Part shown: piece by piece, positions 1 through 9,233 of the stretch
Layout of the letters: the number at the start of each line of letters is the position of its first letter
Numbering within the stretch: position 1 is the stretch's first letter
Assembly: GCA_026709025.1 (NCBI GenBank)
Contig: JAPOTT010000008.1
Coordinates: forward strand, 4,848-68,847
DNA length: 64,000 nucleotides
Direction of reading: 5' to 3'
Origin: a bacterium
Lineage (GTDB): Bacteria; Actinomycetota; Acidimicrobiia; Acidimicrobiales; Bin134
Notes under the pieces: model-generated
Database searches by the model: none
What the model was told of the DNA's origin: nothing
Seen by the model: only the letters and a program-made list of their open reading frames with translations
Made by a program: the position numbers and the translations under genes

Positions 1-21
1 TGCCTATTCCGCCACTCCGAC
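1..21 (-). tRNA. 5' end of a tRNA, probably tRNA-Leu (truncated by window edge)
   Basis: Reverse complement reads GTCGGAGTGGCGGAATAGGCA: 7-nt acceptor strand, TGG and a D-arm typical of tRNA-Leu. It lies just downstream of secG, a common arrangement. The anticodon is outside the window. Confidence 0.7.
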
Positions 22-100
22 GCAAAAACACATGTCCACATCTGAGCTTAGAGCTGTGATGAGTACCAATGTTCAGCCCCTACCCTAGCCGGTACGGGGG

Positions 101-334
101 CTAGCTTGCATCCAATAAAAGGGCCAAAGCCAGAGTGCAAAAGGCAAAGATGAGTGCGGTCACGATGGTAAGACGGTCTAAGTTCTTTTCGATCACGGTG
201 GATCCAGCAGCTTGGGTGCCCAAGCCACCGCCAAACATGTCCGACAATCCTCCGCCTCGACCGCTGTGTAACAACACCAAGAACAAGAGCCCGAGGGCAG
301 CAATCACATCTATCACCACTAATGCAACGGTCAC
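101..334 (-). CDS. secG: Preprotein translocase subunit SecG
   Basis: 77 aa, two TM helices, LLHSGRGGGLSDMFGGG...EKNLDRLT signature. Confidence 0.95.
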   Translation of the reverse strand: MTVALVVIDVIAALGLLFLVLLHSGRGGGLSDMFGGGLGTQAAGSTVIEKNLDRLTIVTALIFAFCTLALALLLDAS

Positions 335-425
335 GACACGAAAGGCTACCCGATACGAAACTGCTTTTGCTATACCTCAACACAGAACCCCAACACAGGT
401 GCGCCAGACGGCTACATTTCCACCT

Positions 426-1358
426 GTGAAGTTTTCCCGTGTGATGTTTTTGCTGTTTGTGGCTGGGCTTGGCCTGTTGCTGGCAGCTTGCTCGCAATCT
501 AACTCTACACAGAGCAACGCTGCTACCCCAGCTAGCTCTCAAACAGTCACAGAATCACCGGGCCCCAGCACTCCTAGCTCCACGCCCACAGTTACACCCA
601 CAGCTCAAGCCACAGCTAAACCCACAAACATACCCACCGCAATACCCGCCGCCACGCCCACAGTTACACCTGAAGGTGGCACGTCTGAAGCTGGCACATC
701 TGAAGGTGGCACACCTGAAGCTGCTGTGCTGGTGCTGAATGAAGAGCCTCTGGGCTATGCCGATGCGCTAGCAGTAGCTCGGTTACTAGCCCCAAACATG
801 GTGTTGCCCAGCGACTGTGACAACCCCCTACCCAGACCAGATCTGCTACCAAACGCTCCGCGGCCCTACCGATCTGGCATCCACCAAGGAGTGGACTTTA
901 TGTGCCCATCCTTAGGGCACTTTGCATCAGCAGTGCTGGATGGACGTGTGGTGCAAATGGTTAACAACTACATAGACCCAACCCCTACCCACAGACAACA
1001 AATGCTGGACATTGCCAAAGAGCTAGGAACTACTCCCCCCTTCACCTTGTTGTCGTTATATGGGAACTACGTGGTGATTGATCATGGAGTGTTGCCGGTG
1101 ATTGGCCATCTGGTGTCCGTCTATGCCCACCTACATGAGGTGGATCACGATCTGAGCGTTGGGCAGTCCATCAGCGCTGGCGACAGGGTGGGTGAGATCG
1201 GCAACAAAGGAACCTCTGCGGCTGCCCGCGGCGACTATTCCGAGGGCGCGCACCTTCACTGGGAAATACACCTCAACAACCAGTATTTGGGCGCGGGCCT
1301 ATCTACCACACAAACCCGCCGGGTGTACACAGAACTCTTTTCCGAGGCAATGGGCTAA
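426..1358 (+). CDS. M23 family metallopeptidase lipoprotein
   Basis: Lipobox LLAAC, P/T/S-rich linker, HQGVD, YAHL and HLHWE M23 zinc motifs. Start moved from 135 to GTG 426 to avoid overlapping secG. Confidence 0.85.
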   Translation: MKFSRVMFLLFVAGLGLLLAACSQSNSTQSNAATPASSQTVTESPGPSTPSSTPTVTPTAQATAKPTNIPTAIPAATPTVTPEGGTSEAGTSEGGTPEAAVLVLNEEPLGYADALAVARLLAPNMVLPSDCDNPLPRPDLLPNAPRPYRSGIHQGVDFMCPSLGHFASAVLDGRVVQMVNNYIDPTPTHRQQMLDIAKELGTTPPFTLLSLYGNYVVIDHGVLPVIGHLVSVYAHLHEVDHDLSVGQSISAGDRVGEIGNKGTSAAARGDYSEGAHLHWEIHLNNQYLGAGLSTTQTRRVYTELFSEAMG

Positions 1359-1469
1359 AATGCTTGCCTAATTTCCCCGATGGCTTATTTCCCCGATGGC
1401 TTTAGCTTTGCTGTTACATATAACTACATACAGCCTTGCTGTTACATACAGCTTTGCTGTAATGCAGTC

Positions 1470-2249
1470 TTACTGCAGACGGAAACGCACTATGCGCGCG
1501 AAGCTTTCGGCATCTAGGGATGCACCGCCCACTAAAGCACCGTCTATGTCCTGCTGAGCCATGAGTTCGGCGATGTTCACTGGCTTTACCGACCCTCCAT
1601 ACTGAATCCGCACTCCATCAGCCGCGGCGTCTCCCACAACCTCCCTAACCTGATTGCGAATAACCAAACAGCCAGCTTGTGCATCTTCTGGAGTAGCAGT
1701 TTGACCGGTGCCTATAGCCCAAACAGGTTCGTAGGCAATCACCATGGCCCCCACTAGTTCTGGTTGCATGCCCGCCAAGCCTGCTGCAACCTGCGCGGCG
1801 ATACGCTCAGCGGCCTGATCCTGCTCACGCTCTTCTAGGGTCTCCCCACAACACAAGATGGGGGTCATGCCCGCCGCGCTAATCGCCCTAACCCGCCGGT
1901 TCACATCTTGGTCTGTCTCGCCAAAAAGCTGCCGACGCTCAGAGTGGCCCGCAATCACATAGCTCACCGCTAACTTGGCCAGCATCGTTGGCGCAACCTC
2001 ACCGGTATAGGCCCCCTGTTCTTCCCAATGACAGTGCTGAGCGCCGAGCGCGATGGGTATCTTGTCGGCATCTAGCACCGTTTGCGCCGACCGCAGGTTG
2101 GTAAAGGGTGGATGAATGGACACATCCGCAGAGGCGTAGTCGCCAGAATCTAGGGCGTAGGACAGCTTCTGGATGAGCGAAATCGCCTCTAGATGGTTCA
2201 TCTGCATCTTCCAGTTGCCGCTAATTAGGGGCTTGCGTGTAGCTGCCAT
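1470..2249 (-). CDS. tpiA: Triosephosphate isomerase
   Basis: GNWKM, HSERR, AYEPVWAIGTG, YGGSV, LVGGASL; AGGAG RBS before ATG 2249. Confidence 0.98.
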   Translation of the reverse strand: MAATRKPLISGNWKMQMNHLEAISLIQKLSYALDSGDYASADVSIHPPFTNLRSAQTVLDADKIPIALGAQHCHWEEQGAYTGEVAPTMLAKLAVSYVIAGHSERRQLFGETDQDVNRRVRAISAAGMTPILCCGETLEEREQDQAAERIAAQVAAGLAGMQPELVGAMVIAYEPVWAIGTGQTATPEDAQAGCLVIRNQVREVVGDAAADGVRIQYGGSVKPVNIAELMAQQDIDGALVGGASLDAESFARIVRFRLQ

Positions 2250-2256
2250 GTTACTC

Positions 2257-3384
2257 CTAGCCATGTTGGCCTGCACCAGTGTGGGTGGACTCCCTCAACG
2301 CCTGAATGCCAACCAAGTCGCCATGTTGGAGCAGCTCAAGCGAAGCTCCTCCCCCGGTAGAAACATGATCCATGTCGGCCACCAACCCAAACTCTCGGGC
2401 CGCAGCAGCACTATCACCGCCACCCACCACAGTGTAGGCCCGACTTTTGGACAAAGCCTGTGCTACCACCTTTGTTCCCGCCGCAAAACGAGCATCCTCA
2501 AACAGCCCCATGGGGCCGTTCCACAACACAGTACGTGCCTGTGAGATGAGGTCGCCAAACTCCGCTGCTGTGCCGGGGCCGATGTCTAAGCCCCGCCAGT
2601 CGGGCTCAAGGTTCAACCCAGCCTGTATTACAGTTTCAGATGGCGTGAGGGCCACAATGTCTGAGGGCAGCCGAATGGGCGCACCTGCATCTAACAGCTT
2701 GGCACAGGCATCAATTTGATCTGCCTGTAGCAGCGATTCGCCTACGCTGTGTCCTTGTGCTGCCAAGAACGTAAAGCACATACCTCCGCCAATCAGTACC
2801 TCATCAGCTATCTCTACTAGCGCCTCAATCACCCCTAACTTGTCGCTCACCTTGGCCCCGCCCAACACCGCCACAAAAGGGCGCTTGGGCTGCTGACGCA
2901 ACGCAGATAGCACCTCAACCTCTTTGGCCAACAGCCGACCTGCAGCACTAGGCAGCAATGCTGGCGGGCCTACCACAGAGGCATGGGCACGATGCGATGC
3001 CCCAAAAGCATCGTTCACATAGCCATCGCACCCCTCAACTAGCCGCCCAACAAAATGCGCATCGTTGGCCACCTCGCCTGGGTCAAAGCGCAGGTTCTCC
3101 AGCAACTCCACACCTTCAGCTAGCTGTGTCAGCCGCTCACGCACTGCTGTCATGCTGTAGCGGTGATCTGCTTGGCCTTTGGGGCGACCCAAATGGCTGC
3201 AAGCCACCACGCTTGCAGATCGCCCGGTTAGCCACCTGATGGTTGGCAGGGCAGCGCGAATGCGAAAGTCGTCTGTGATTTGGCCGTTATCGTCTAAGGG
3301 CACGTTGAAGTCTGCACGCAGCAATATCCTGCGCCCCTCAAGGCCGCCAAGGGCCTCCTCTAGGGTTTCAAGGGTGGGAAGCAC
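2257..3384 (-). CDS. pgk: Phosphoglycerate kinase
   Basis: RADFNVP, SHLGRPKG, LGGAKVSDK, WNGPMG, HVSTGGGASL. Confidence 0.98.
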   Translation of the reverse strand: MLPTLETLEEALGGLEGRRILLRADFNVPLDDNGQITDDFRIRAALPTIRWLTGRSASVVACSHLGRPKGQADHRYSMTAVRERLTQLAEGVELLENLRFDPGEVANDAHFVGRLVEGCDGYVNDAFGASHRAHASVVGPPALLPSAAGRLLAKEVEVLSALRQQPKRPFVAVLGGAKVSDKLGVIEALVEIADEVLIGGGMCFTFLAAQGHSVGESLLQADQIDACAKLLDAGAPIRLPSDIVALTPSETVIQAGLNLEPDWRGLDIGPGTAAEFGDLISQARTVLWNGPMGLFEDARFAAGTKVVAQALSKSRAYTVVGGGDSAAAAREFGLVADMDHVSTGGGASLELLQHGDLVGIQALRESTHTGAGQHG

Positions 3385-3444
3385 TTTGTGGTTCAGCTAA
3401 CTAGAACTAATTGGTACTAATTGTCAGCTCAGCTAATCGCCAGC

Positions 3445-4458
3445 TCAGCTGCTAGCCGCAGCACCCATGATGCCCACTAGGTCTACCAAGCGGTTGGAAT
3501 ATCCCCACTCGTTGTCATACCAGCCCGACACCTTCACAAGGTTCCCCATTGCTAAGGTAAGCCCCGAATCAAACGTGCAAGAGGCCGCCGAACCGCAAAT
3601 GTCGGCAGACACCAGCGGAGCCTCGCTGTAATCCAACACACCAACCATCGGGCCAGCACTAGCAGCCTCGGCAAACGCTGCGTTGATTTCGGCCACTGTG
3701 GGCTCAGCGCGCAAAACAGCCGTGAAATCGGTAAGCGACCCCACAGGGATGGGCACTCTCAGAGCAATGCCGTCTAGGAGCCCGTTCATGGCTTGCAACA
3801 CCAAGCCAGTAGCACGAGCAGCCCCGGTGGAAGTAGGCACGATATTGATGCCAGCAGCCCTAGCCCTTCGTAAATCTGAGTGCGGTCCGTCTACCAGAGC
3901 CTGATCTCCAGTGTAAGCATGCACGGTGGTCATAAGCCCCCGCTCCACCCCAAAGGCATCATCTAACACCTTTACCATGGGCACAAAGCAGTTGGTGGTG
4001 CAAGAAGCATTGGATACAACCAAATGGTTCTTGGGGTCAAAATCATTGTCGTTCACGCCCACCACAAAGGTGGCATCGGCCCCCGAAGCTGGTGCAGAAA
4101 CAATCACGCGCGGCGCACCGGCATCTAGATGCGCGGCGGCTTTTTCCCTCGCAGTGAAAAACCCTGTGGATTCCACTACCACATCCACACCCAAATCGCC
4201 CCACGGCAGATTGGCAGGATCACGCTCCGACAGCACGCGTAACAAGCTGCCGCCCACCTCCAAGCCGTTCTCTGCCACCGCCACAGGTTCTTGGAACTGG
4301 CCCATTACCGAGTCGTATTGCAACAAATGAGCCATAGTTTCACGGCTCCCGAGGTCGTTCACGGCCACAAACTCCAAATCGGCACCAGCTTGGCGTGCCG
4401 CCCTGAAAAAATTGCGACCTATGCGGCCAAACCCATTAATTCCTACACGAATGCTCAT
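3445..4458 (-). CDS. gap: Glyceraldehyde-3-phosphate dehydrogenase, type I
   Basis: GINGFGRIGR, SNASCTTNC, WYDNEWGYS; start at MSIRVG. Confidence 0.98.
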   Translation of the reverse strand: MSIRVGINGFGRIGRNFFRAARQAGADLEFVAVNDLGSRETMAHLLQYDSVMGQFQEPVAVAENGLEVGGSLLRVLSERDPANLPWGDLGVDVVVESTGFFTAREKAAAHLDAGAPRVIVSAPASGADATFVVGVNDNDFDPKNHLVVSNASCTTNCFVPMVKVLDDAFGVERGLMTTVHAYTGDQALVDGPHSDLRRARAAGINIVPTSTGAARATGLVLQAMNGLLDGIALRVPIPVGSLTDFTAVLRAEPTVAEINAAFAEAASAGPMVGVLDYSEAPLVSADICGSAASCTFDSGLTLAMGNLVKVSGWYDNEWGYSNRLVDLVGIMGAAASS

Positions 4459-4533
4459 GTTCTTGAGGCTAAAGTGACTAGGTGGCCGAACCAACATCGG
4501 CCCGAGAATTGTTGACCTAAATTGTTGACCTAA

Positions 4534-6102
4534 ATGCGAATTATTGACCTGCTAGAGCGCAACGCATCCCTTTACGGAACAAAGAGCGCGGCGGTAATCA
4601 CCAGCGAAGATGGCACCGACTCCACAGAGGGCGGTGCGGTTAGTTTCGCCGAGTTGCGCCACAGGGTGCTCAGCTTGGCCGCTGGCTTGCGGGCCATGGG
4701 CGTAGAGCACGGTGACAGGCTGGCGCTATTGGCCGACAACGGTTTGGTTTACTTCGACATCTATCTAGCAGGCTGCTACCTCGGCGCGCCCATCGTACCC
4801 CTTAGCATTCACTGGACTTCCCTAGAGCTAGAATCGGTGCTAAATGATGCCGATCCCGCCCTCGTGATTGCCGATGAAACCTACATCGCTAACCTGCCAG
4901 CTCCAGATGGCCGCACCCCGGTAATCTCAACCCAAAGCAATGCCTACTTTGATTTGCTTGCGGGCGCGCCACCTCAGGATCCAAATAGCATCACCCAAGT
5001 TGCAGAAGATGCAGTTACAGAAGATGCAACCGCGCTAATCGTTTACACCAGCGGCACTACCGGTAATCCCAAAGGCGTGTGCCTATCGCAGCGAGCCTTA
5101 GCCTTTAGTGGCTTCACCACAGCACTGGTGCAGCGCTTTGTGCCAGAAGATGTGTTCCTGTCTACCACCCCGCTTTTTCACACCGCGGCTGGTACCAGAG
5201 TGTTATCCATGCTCGCCGATGGGCAGACCCATGTAGTGCTGCGCCGTTTTTCACCCGAAACCTTCTTTGCGGCGGTAGCTACCCACCGCCCAAGCGTGAC
5301 CATCTTGGTTCCCACACAGCTGCGCCGCATACTAGAACACCCAGCGCTGTCCCAAGCCGATCTGTCTAGCCTGCGGTTGATCGTGTACGGGGGTGAACCC
5401 GCCACAGCAGCTTTGATTCGCCAAGCTCACACACAACTGGGGTGCGATTTGTATCAGGCCTACGGCCTCACCGAGTGTGTGGGCAACGTAGCTGGCCTGT
5501 TGCCCCAAGACCACAACCAAGCACTGGCACAACACCCTGAGCGGCTTACATCGGCTGGGCGGGCGGTGCCCGGTGTTCGCATTGAGATTCGCAACCCCGA
5601 GGGTATAGCAGTTACCGCAGGCGAGGTTGGTGAAATATGGGTACGCACTGCCAAAGCCATGTCGGGGTACTGGAAGCGCCCACAACTCACCGCCCAAACT
5701 CTGGTAAACGGCTGGGTCTGTACAGGCGACCTCGGCCGCTTAGACGACCACGGCTATTTGTATCTTGTGGGACGAGCCACAGACATGCTGATCAGCGGTG
5801 GGGTGAACGTCTACCCCAGCCAGATTGAGGCCGTGCTGTGTGAACATCCCCACATAGCTGCTGTAGCGGTGGTGGGGCGCAGCGATAGCGACTGGGGGGA
5901 GCGTCCGGTGGCTTTCGTGGAGCTAGAGCCAACCCCAACCGCTCTCCATAACCCAACAGCAATACCCCAAGAGCTCTCTTTGTGGTGTGCCAGCCGTCTG
6001 TCCAAACCCCAAATACCAGACGAGTTCATTGTTGTCCCCAAGTTGGAGCGCACCAGCACAGGCAAGGTACGCAAAGCTGAACTCAAGAAGCGTTTAACCT
6101 AA
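4534..6102 (+). CDS. Acyl-CoA synthetase / long-chain fatty-acid-CoA ligase (ANL family)
   Basis: YTSGTTGNPKG, YGLTE, TGDLG, GKVRK. Confidence 0.9.
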   Translation: MRIIDLLERNASLYGTKSAAVITSEDGTDSTEGGAVSFAELRHRVLSLAAGLRAMGVEHGDRLALLADNGLVYFDIYLAGCYLGAPIVPLSIHWTSLELESVLNDADPALVIADETYIANLPAPDGRTPVISTQSNAYFDLLAGAPPQDPNSITQVAEDAVTEDATALIVYTSGTTGNPKGVCLSQRALAFSGFTTALVQRFVPEDVFLSTTPLFHTAAGTRVLSMLADGQTHVVLRRFSPETFFAAVATHRPSVTILVPTQLRRILEHPALSQADLSSLRLIVYGGEPATAALIRQAHTQLGCDLYQAYGLTECVGNVAGLLPQDHNQALAQHPERLTSAGRAVPGVRIEIRNPEGIAVTAGEVGEIWVRTAKAMSGYWKRPQLTAQTLVNGWVCTGDLGRLDDHGYLYLVGRATDMLISGGVNVYPSQIEAVLCEHPHIAAVAVVGRSDSDWGERPVAFVELEPTPTALHNPTAIPQELSLWCASRLSKPQIPDEFIVVPKLERTSTGKVRKAELKKRLT

Positions 6103-6109
6103 ACCTTGA

Positions 6110-6997
6110 CTAGCCTGAATCTTGGCCCAAATCCCGATGCGAGATGAACGGACGCGAACCTAACTCTTTGGCAGCAGCCAAACGACCGTGTATGTGCTCG
6201 GCCACGAACACCGACCGATGCCTACCTCCAGTGCAGCCAAAAGCAATGGTCAAATACGATTTGCCCTCTCGGGCATAGGCAGGCACAAGCGTGGTCAAAA
6301 GGTCTTCGGTTTGGGATAGGAAGGTTTGGGTCATGGGCTGGCCGTTCATCAAAAAGTCCTGCACTGCTGCGTCTTTGCCACACAAGCCTCGTAGCTCCTC
6401 TTCCCAATAAGGATTGGGCAAAAACCGACAGTCCAACACCAGATCCGCATCCAAAGGGATGCCGTACTTGAACCCAAACGACAACACCCTTGTGGTAACC
6501 GACTCAGGGCCAGCTTCCAGCCCAAACACCTCATCTAGCAGGTGGTGGAGTTGGTAGATGCTGTACTCGGAGGTGTCTATCACCACATCAGCCTCGCCCC
6601 GCAAAAACCCCAGGGCCTCCCGCTCAGCATCAATGGCATCTGACACCCCCATAGAGGCTGAGCCCACAAAGGGGTGACGCCGCTTGGTGCTCTCAAAACG
6701 CTTCACCAACACCGGCGTGGAAGCATCCAAAAACAAGATACGCACTGGCCCTGCCGCCGAAGCTCGCAGACGAGCCAAAGCAGGTGCCACCTCAGCGTGA
6801 AACAAGTTCAAGCCCAACACCAGCCCTACTTGGCAGATGTGACTGTTCGGGGCATCTGCAAACTCCCGCACTCTGGGCAGCAACGCAGGCGGCAGATTAT
6901 CCACCACATACCAGCCCTTGTCTTCAAAGTGGTTGGCAGCCTGACTGCGTCCCGCTCCAGACATGCCGGTGATTACCACGTATTCAGCCACCACCAC
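6110..6997 (-). CDS. rapZ: RNase adapter RapZ / YvcJ-family P-loop protein
   Basis: TGMSGAGRS, VDNLPP, SFGFKYG, GCTGGRHRSV; downstream of uvrC. Confidence 0.93.
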   Translation of the reverse strand: MVVAEYVVITGMSGAGRSQAANHFEDKGWYVVDNLPPALLPRVREFADAPNSHICQVGLVLGLNLFHAEVAPALARLRASAAGPVRILFLDASTPVLVKRFESTKRRHPFVGSASMGVSDAIDAEREALGFLRGEADVVIDTSEYSIYQLHHLLDEVFGLEAGPESVTTRVLSFGFKYGIPLDADLVLDCRFLPNPYWEEELRGLCGKDAAVQDFLMNGQPMTQTFLSQTEDLLTTLVPAYAREGKSYLTIAFGCTGGRHRSVFVAEHIHGRLAAAKELGSRPFISHRDLGQDSG

Positions 6998-7071
6998 ACA
7001 CTAACGGCTCGGCGCTACCCCAAAGGAGGTTTCGAATGCGCCACAGGAGATTGAGGCACCCCGGAGGTGGT

Positions 7072-8943
7072 TTAGGTGGGGCGATGGAGCTTGTCGAAAA
7101 CCGCTTGGGCCACCTTATCTGGTAACCAGCTAAGCGCTTGTAGGTCTTCTAAGCAGGCCCGCTGCACCGCCCGCACTCCCCCAAGTTCTTTGACCAAGCG
7201 GGCTCGGCGTGTGGGGCCGAGGCCCACAACATCATCCAAAAACGACCTGGTCATCGCTTTGTTGCGAAGGTTGCGGTGATAGTCGTTAGCAAAGCGGTGG
7301 CTCTCATCGCGGATGCGTTGCAAAAGATACAAGCTCTCTGAAGGCCGAGGGATTTCCACCGGTGCGGCCCGCCCAGACACGTAAACCTGTTCAAACTCCT
7401 TGGCCAAGCCCGCCACGAATATCTCGCCTTGTAGCCCCAGATTGTTTACTACCCGTTCAGCCACGCCAAGCTGGCCTTTGCCCCCATCCACCACCAAAAG
7501 CTGCGGCGGGTAAGCAAACCTGCCCTTTTGATCGGGCGGCAGCTCCCGTTCTTCCAGATAGTTACGCAGGCGGCGGGTAAGCACCTCTTCCATGGCTGCG
7601 TAATCGTCGTTACCATCCACCGAACGCACCTTGAACCTGCGGTATTCGGATTTGCGCGGCAACCCGTCCTCCATCACCACCATGGAACCCACGTAATCTG
7701 TACCCTGCAGGTGGCTCATGTCGTAGCACTCAATGCGAAGCGGTGCCTGCGCCATACCTAAGCAGGCTTGCAGGTGATTCAGCGCTTGAGCCCGGGTGTT
7801 GTGATCCGAAGCGCGCTTTAAGCGGTGCCTAGCCAACGCATCGGCTGCGTTGCGGGTAACCGTTTCTTGGAGCTTGCGCTTCGCACCGCGCTGAGGCACC
7901 AAAATAGCCACCTTTGAGCCACGCTGCTGACACAACCAATCCTCATACAGCTCTTGGTTGTCGGGTAGTTGAGGCACCAGAACCTGCTTAGGGCTGCCCA
8001 GAGGATTCTCCTCAAAATACAGGCGCTCCAAAACCCGGCTCACCAACTCGGCGCTTTGCAGGTCTGCGGCCTTGTCTACCGTGAAGCCACGACGGCCCAG
8101 CACCCTGCCCTTGCGCACATAGAACACCTGACAAGCGGCCTCTAGCTCATCTTCTACCAGCCCAACCACATCGTAATCTTCTGAACGAGTGCCCACCATC
8201 TGCTGCGATTCAATGGCACGATGCACGCTAGCTAGCCGATCTCTGTAGCGAGCCGCCTGCTCAAACTCCATCGCTGCAGATGCTTGGGCCATGTCTTTTT
8301 GCAGCTGTGCAACCACCTCGGCGGTGTCGCCCCCCAAAAAGCCCAGCAACTTTTCCAACATCTGTGCATAATCGGCAGCTGAAACCTCCCCCACACACGG
8401 CCCAGCACACTTCTCTATATGAAAAAGCAGGCAAGGTCTACCGAGACGCTCATGGTGCTTGAACTTGTTATCGCTACAAGTACGAATGGGAAATGTTCGC
8501 AGCAACAAATCCAAGGTGTCCCTAATGGCATAAGCATGACCAAAGGGGCCGAAATAGCGGTTGCCTTTGCGTTTACGCCCCCGCACAACCATCGCCCGAG
8601 GCCACTCATCCACCATCGTTACACACAAAAACGGGTAGCTCTTGTCGTCACGGTAGCGAACGTTGAAACGAGGTTGGTGACGCTGAATAAGGCTGTACTC
8701 CAGCATCAACGCCTCCACCTCGTTGGCTACCTGAATCCATTCCACAGATTCTGCCTCAGCCACCATCTGAGCAGTACGCAGCGGCAAATGCGCCGGGTTT
8801 TGAAAGTAGTTGCCTAAACGTGAGCGCAGGTTCTTGGCCTTGCCCACGTAAATAACCCGCCCGTGGCGATCTTTGAACTGATAGGAGCCAGCAGCTTCGG
8901 GGATGGTGCCGCTGGGAGGACGTTGCAACATCGTGGTGGACAT
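7072..8943 (-). CDS. uvrC: Excinuclease ABC subunit C
   Basis: GIY-YIG N-terminus (YVGKAKNLRSR), CLLFHIEKCAGPC, DGGKGQ, RDESHRFA, C-terminal HhH. Start uncertain (8988/8943/8931). Confidence 0.97.
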   Translation of the reverse strand: MSTTMLQRPPSGTIPEAAGSYQFKDRHGRVIYVGKAKNLRSRLGNYFQNPAHLPLRTAQMVAEAESVEWIQVANEVEALMLEYSLIQRHQPRFNVRYRDDKSYPFLCVTMVDEWPRAMVVRGRKRKGNRYFGPFGHAYAIRDTLDLLLRTFPIRTCSDNKFKHHERLGRPCLLFHIEKCAGPCVGEVSAADYAQMLEKLLGFLGGDTAEVVAQLQKDMAQASAAMEFEQAARYRDRLASVHRAIESQQMVGTRSEDYDVVGLVEDELEAACQVFYVRKGRVLGRRGFTVDKAADLQSAELVSRVLERLYFEENPLGSPKQVLVPQLPDNQELYEDWLCQQRGSKVAILVPQRGAKRKLQETVTRNAADALARHRLKRASDHNTRAQALNHLQACLGMAQAPLRIECYDMSHLQGTDYVGSMVVMEDGLPRKSEYRRFKVRSVDGNDDYAAMEEVLTRRLRNYLEERELPPDQKGRFAYPPQLLVVDGGKGQLGVAERVVNNLGLQGEIFVAGLAKEFEQVYVSGRAAPVEIPRPSESLYLLQRIRDESHRFANDYHRNLRNKAMTRSFLDDVVGLGPTRRARLVKELGGVRAVQRACLEDLQALSWLPDKVAQAVFDKLHRPT

Positions 8944-9015
8944 CTTATTGACACCCATCCCATAGGTACGCATATCAACAGCGCGCATGTCTGTTGGTTG
9001 ACGTTCTTTGGCAGC

Positions 9016-9062
9016 ATTATTTGTGTACTTGATTATTTGTGTACTTGATTATTTGTGTACTT
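9016..9062. repeat. 16-bp tandem repeat x3 (ATTATTTGTGTACTTG)
   Basis: Directly visible in the uvrC-nadA divergent intergenic region. Confidence 0.95.
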
Positions 9063-9143
9063 CGCATGTATACCGCTTTGAACGCTGAGCAGCGTGCGGG
9101 TAAAATACCAACGCTGGCCGGGTATCCAGCGACATATCGAACA

Positions 9144-9225
9144 CCGAGGCCGACAACCCCGTGGCGAGGCGACCCGGCTGTCCCCACCGGCTGCTAATCG
9201 GAGTTCCCGTACCTCACGGAGGTTC
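9144..9225 (+). ncRNA. Putative NAD+-I (nadA motif) riboswitch aptamer plus SD-sequestering hairpin
   Basis: GGCCG-ACAACCCC-GUGG...CCAC-CGGCU matches the P1/ACAACCCC bulge/P1a architecture I recall for NAD+-I aptamers. It sits in the nadA 5' UTR and is followed by ACCUC-ACG-GAGGU overlapping the GGAGG SD. Confidence 0.7.
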
Positions 9226-9233
9226 TTACAATC

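Noticed and set aside
135-425. N-terminal extension of the M23 ORF
   Set aside because: It is antisense to secG, and the lipoprotein signal begins at about 426
9016-9062. Direct repeats here and at 34166, 49826 and 51338 as possible CRISPR arrays
   Set aside because: Units are contiguous or too short, there are no unique spacers, and no cas genes are present
8944-9143. LexA (CGAAC-N4-GTTCG) box for uvrC
   Set aside because: Only isolated half-sites were seen
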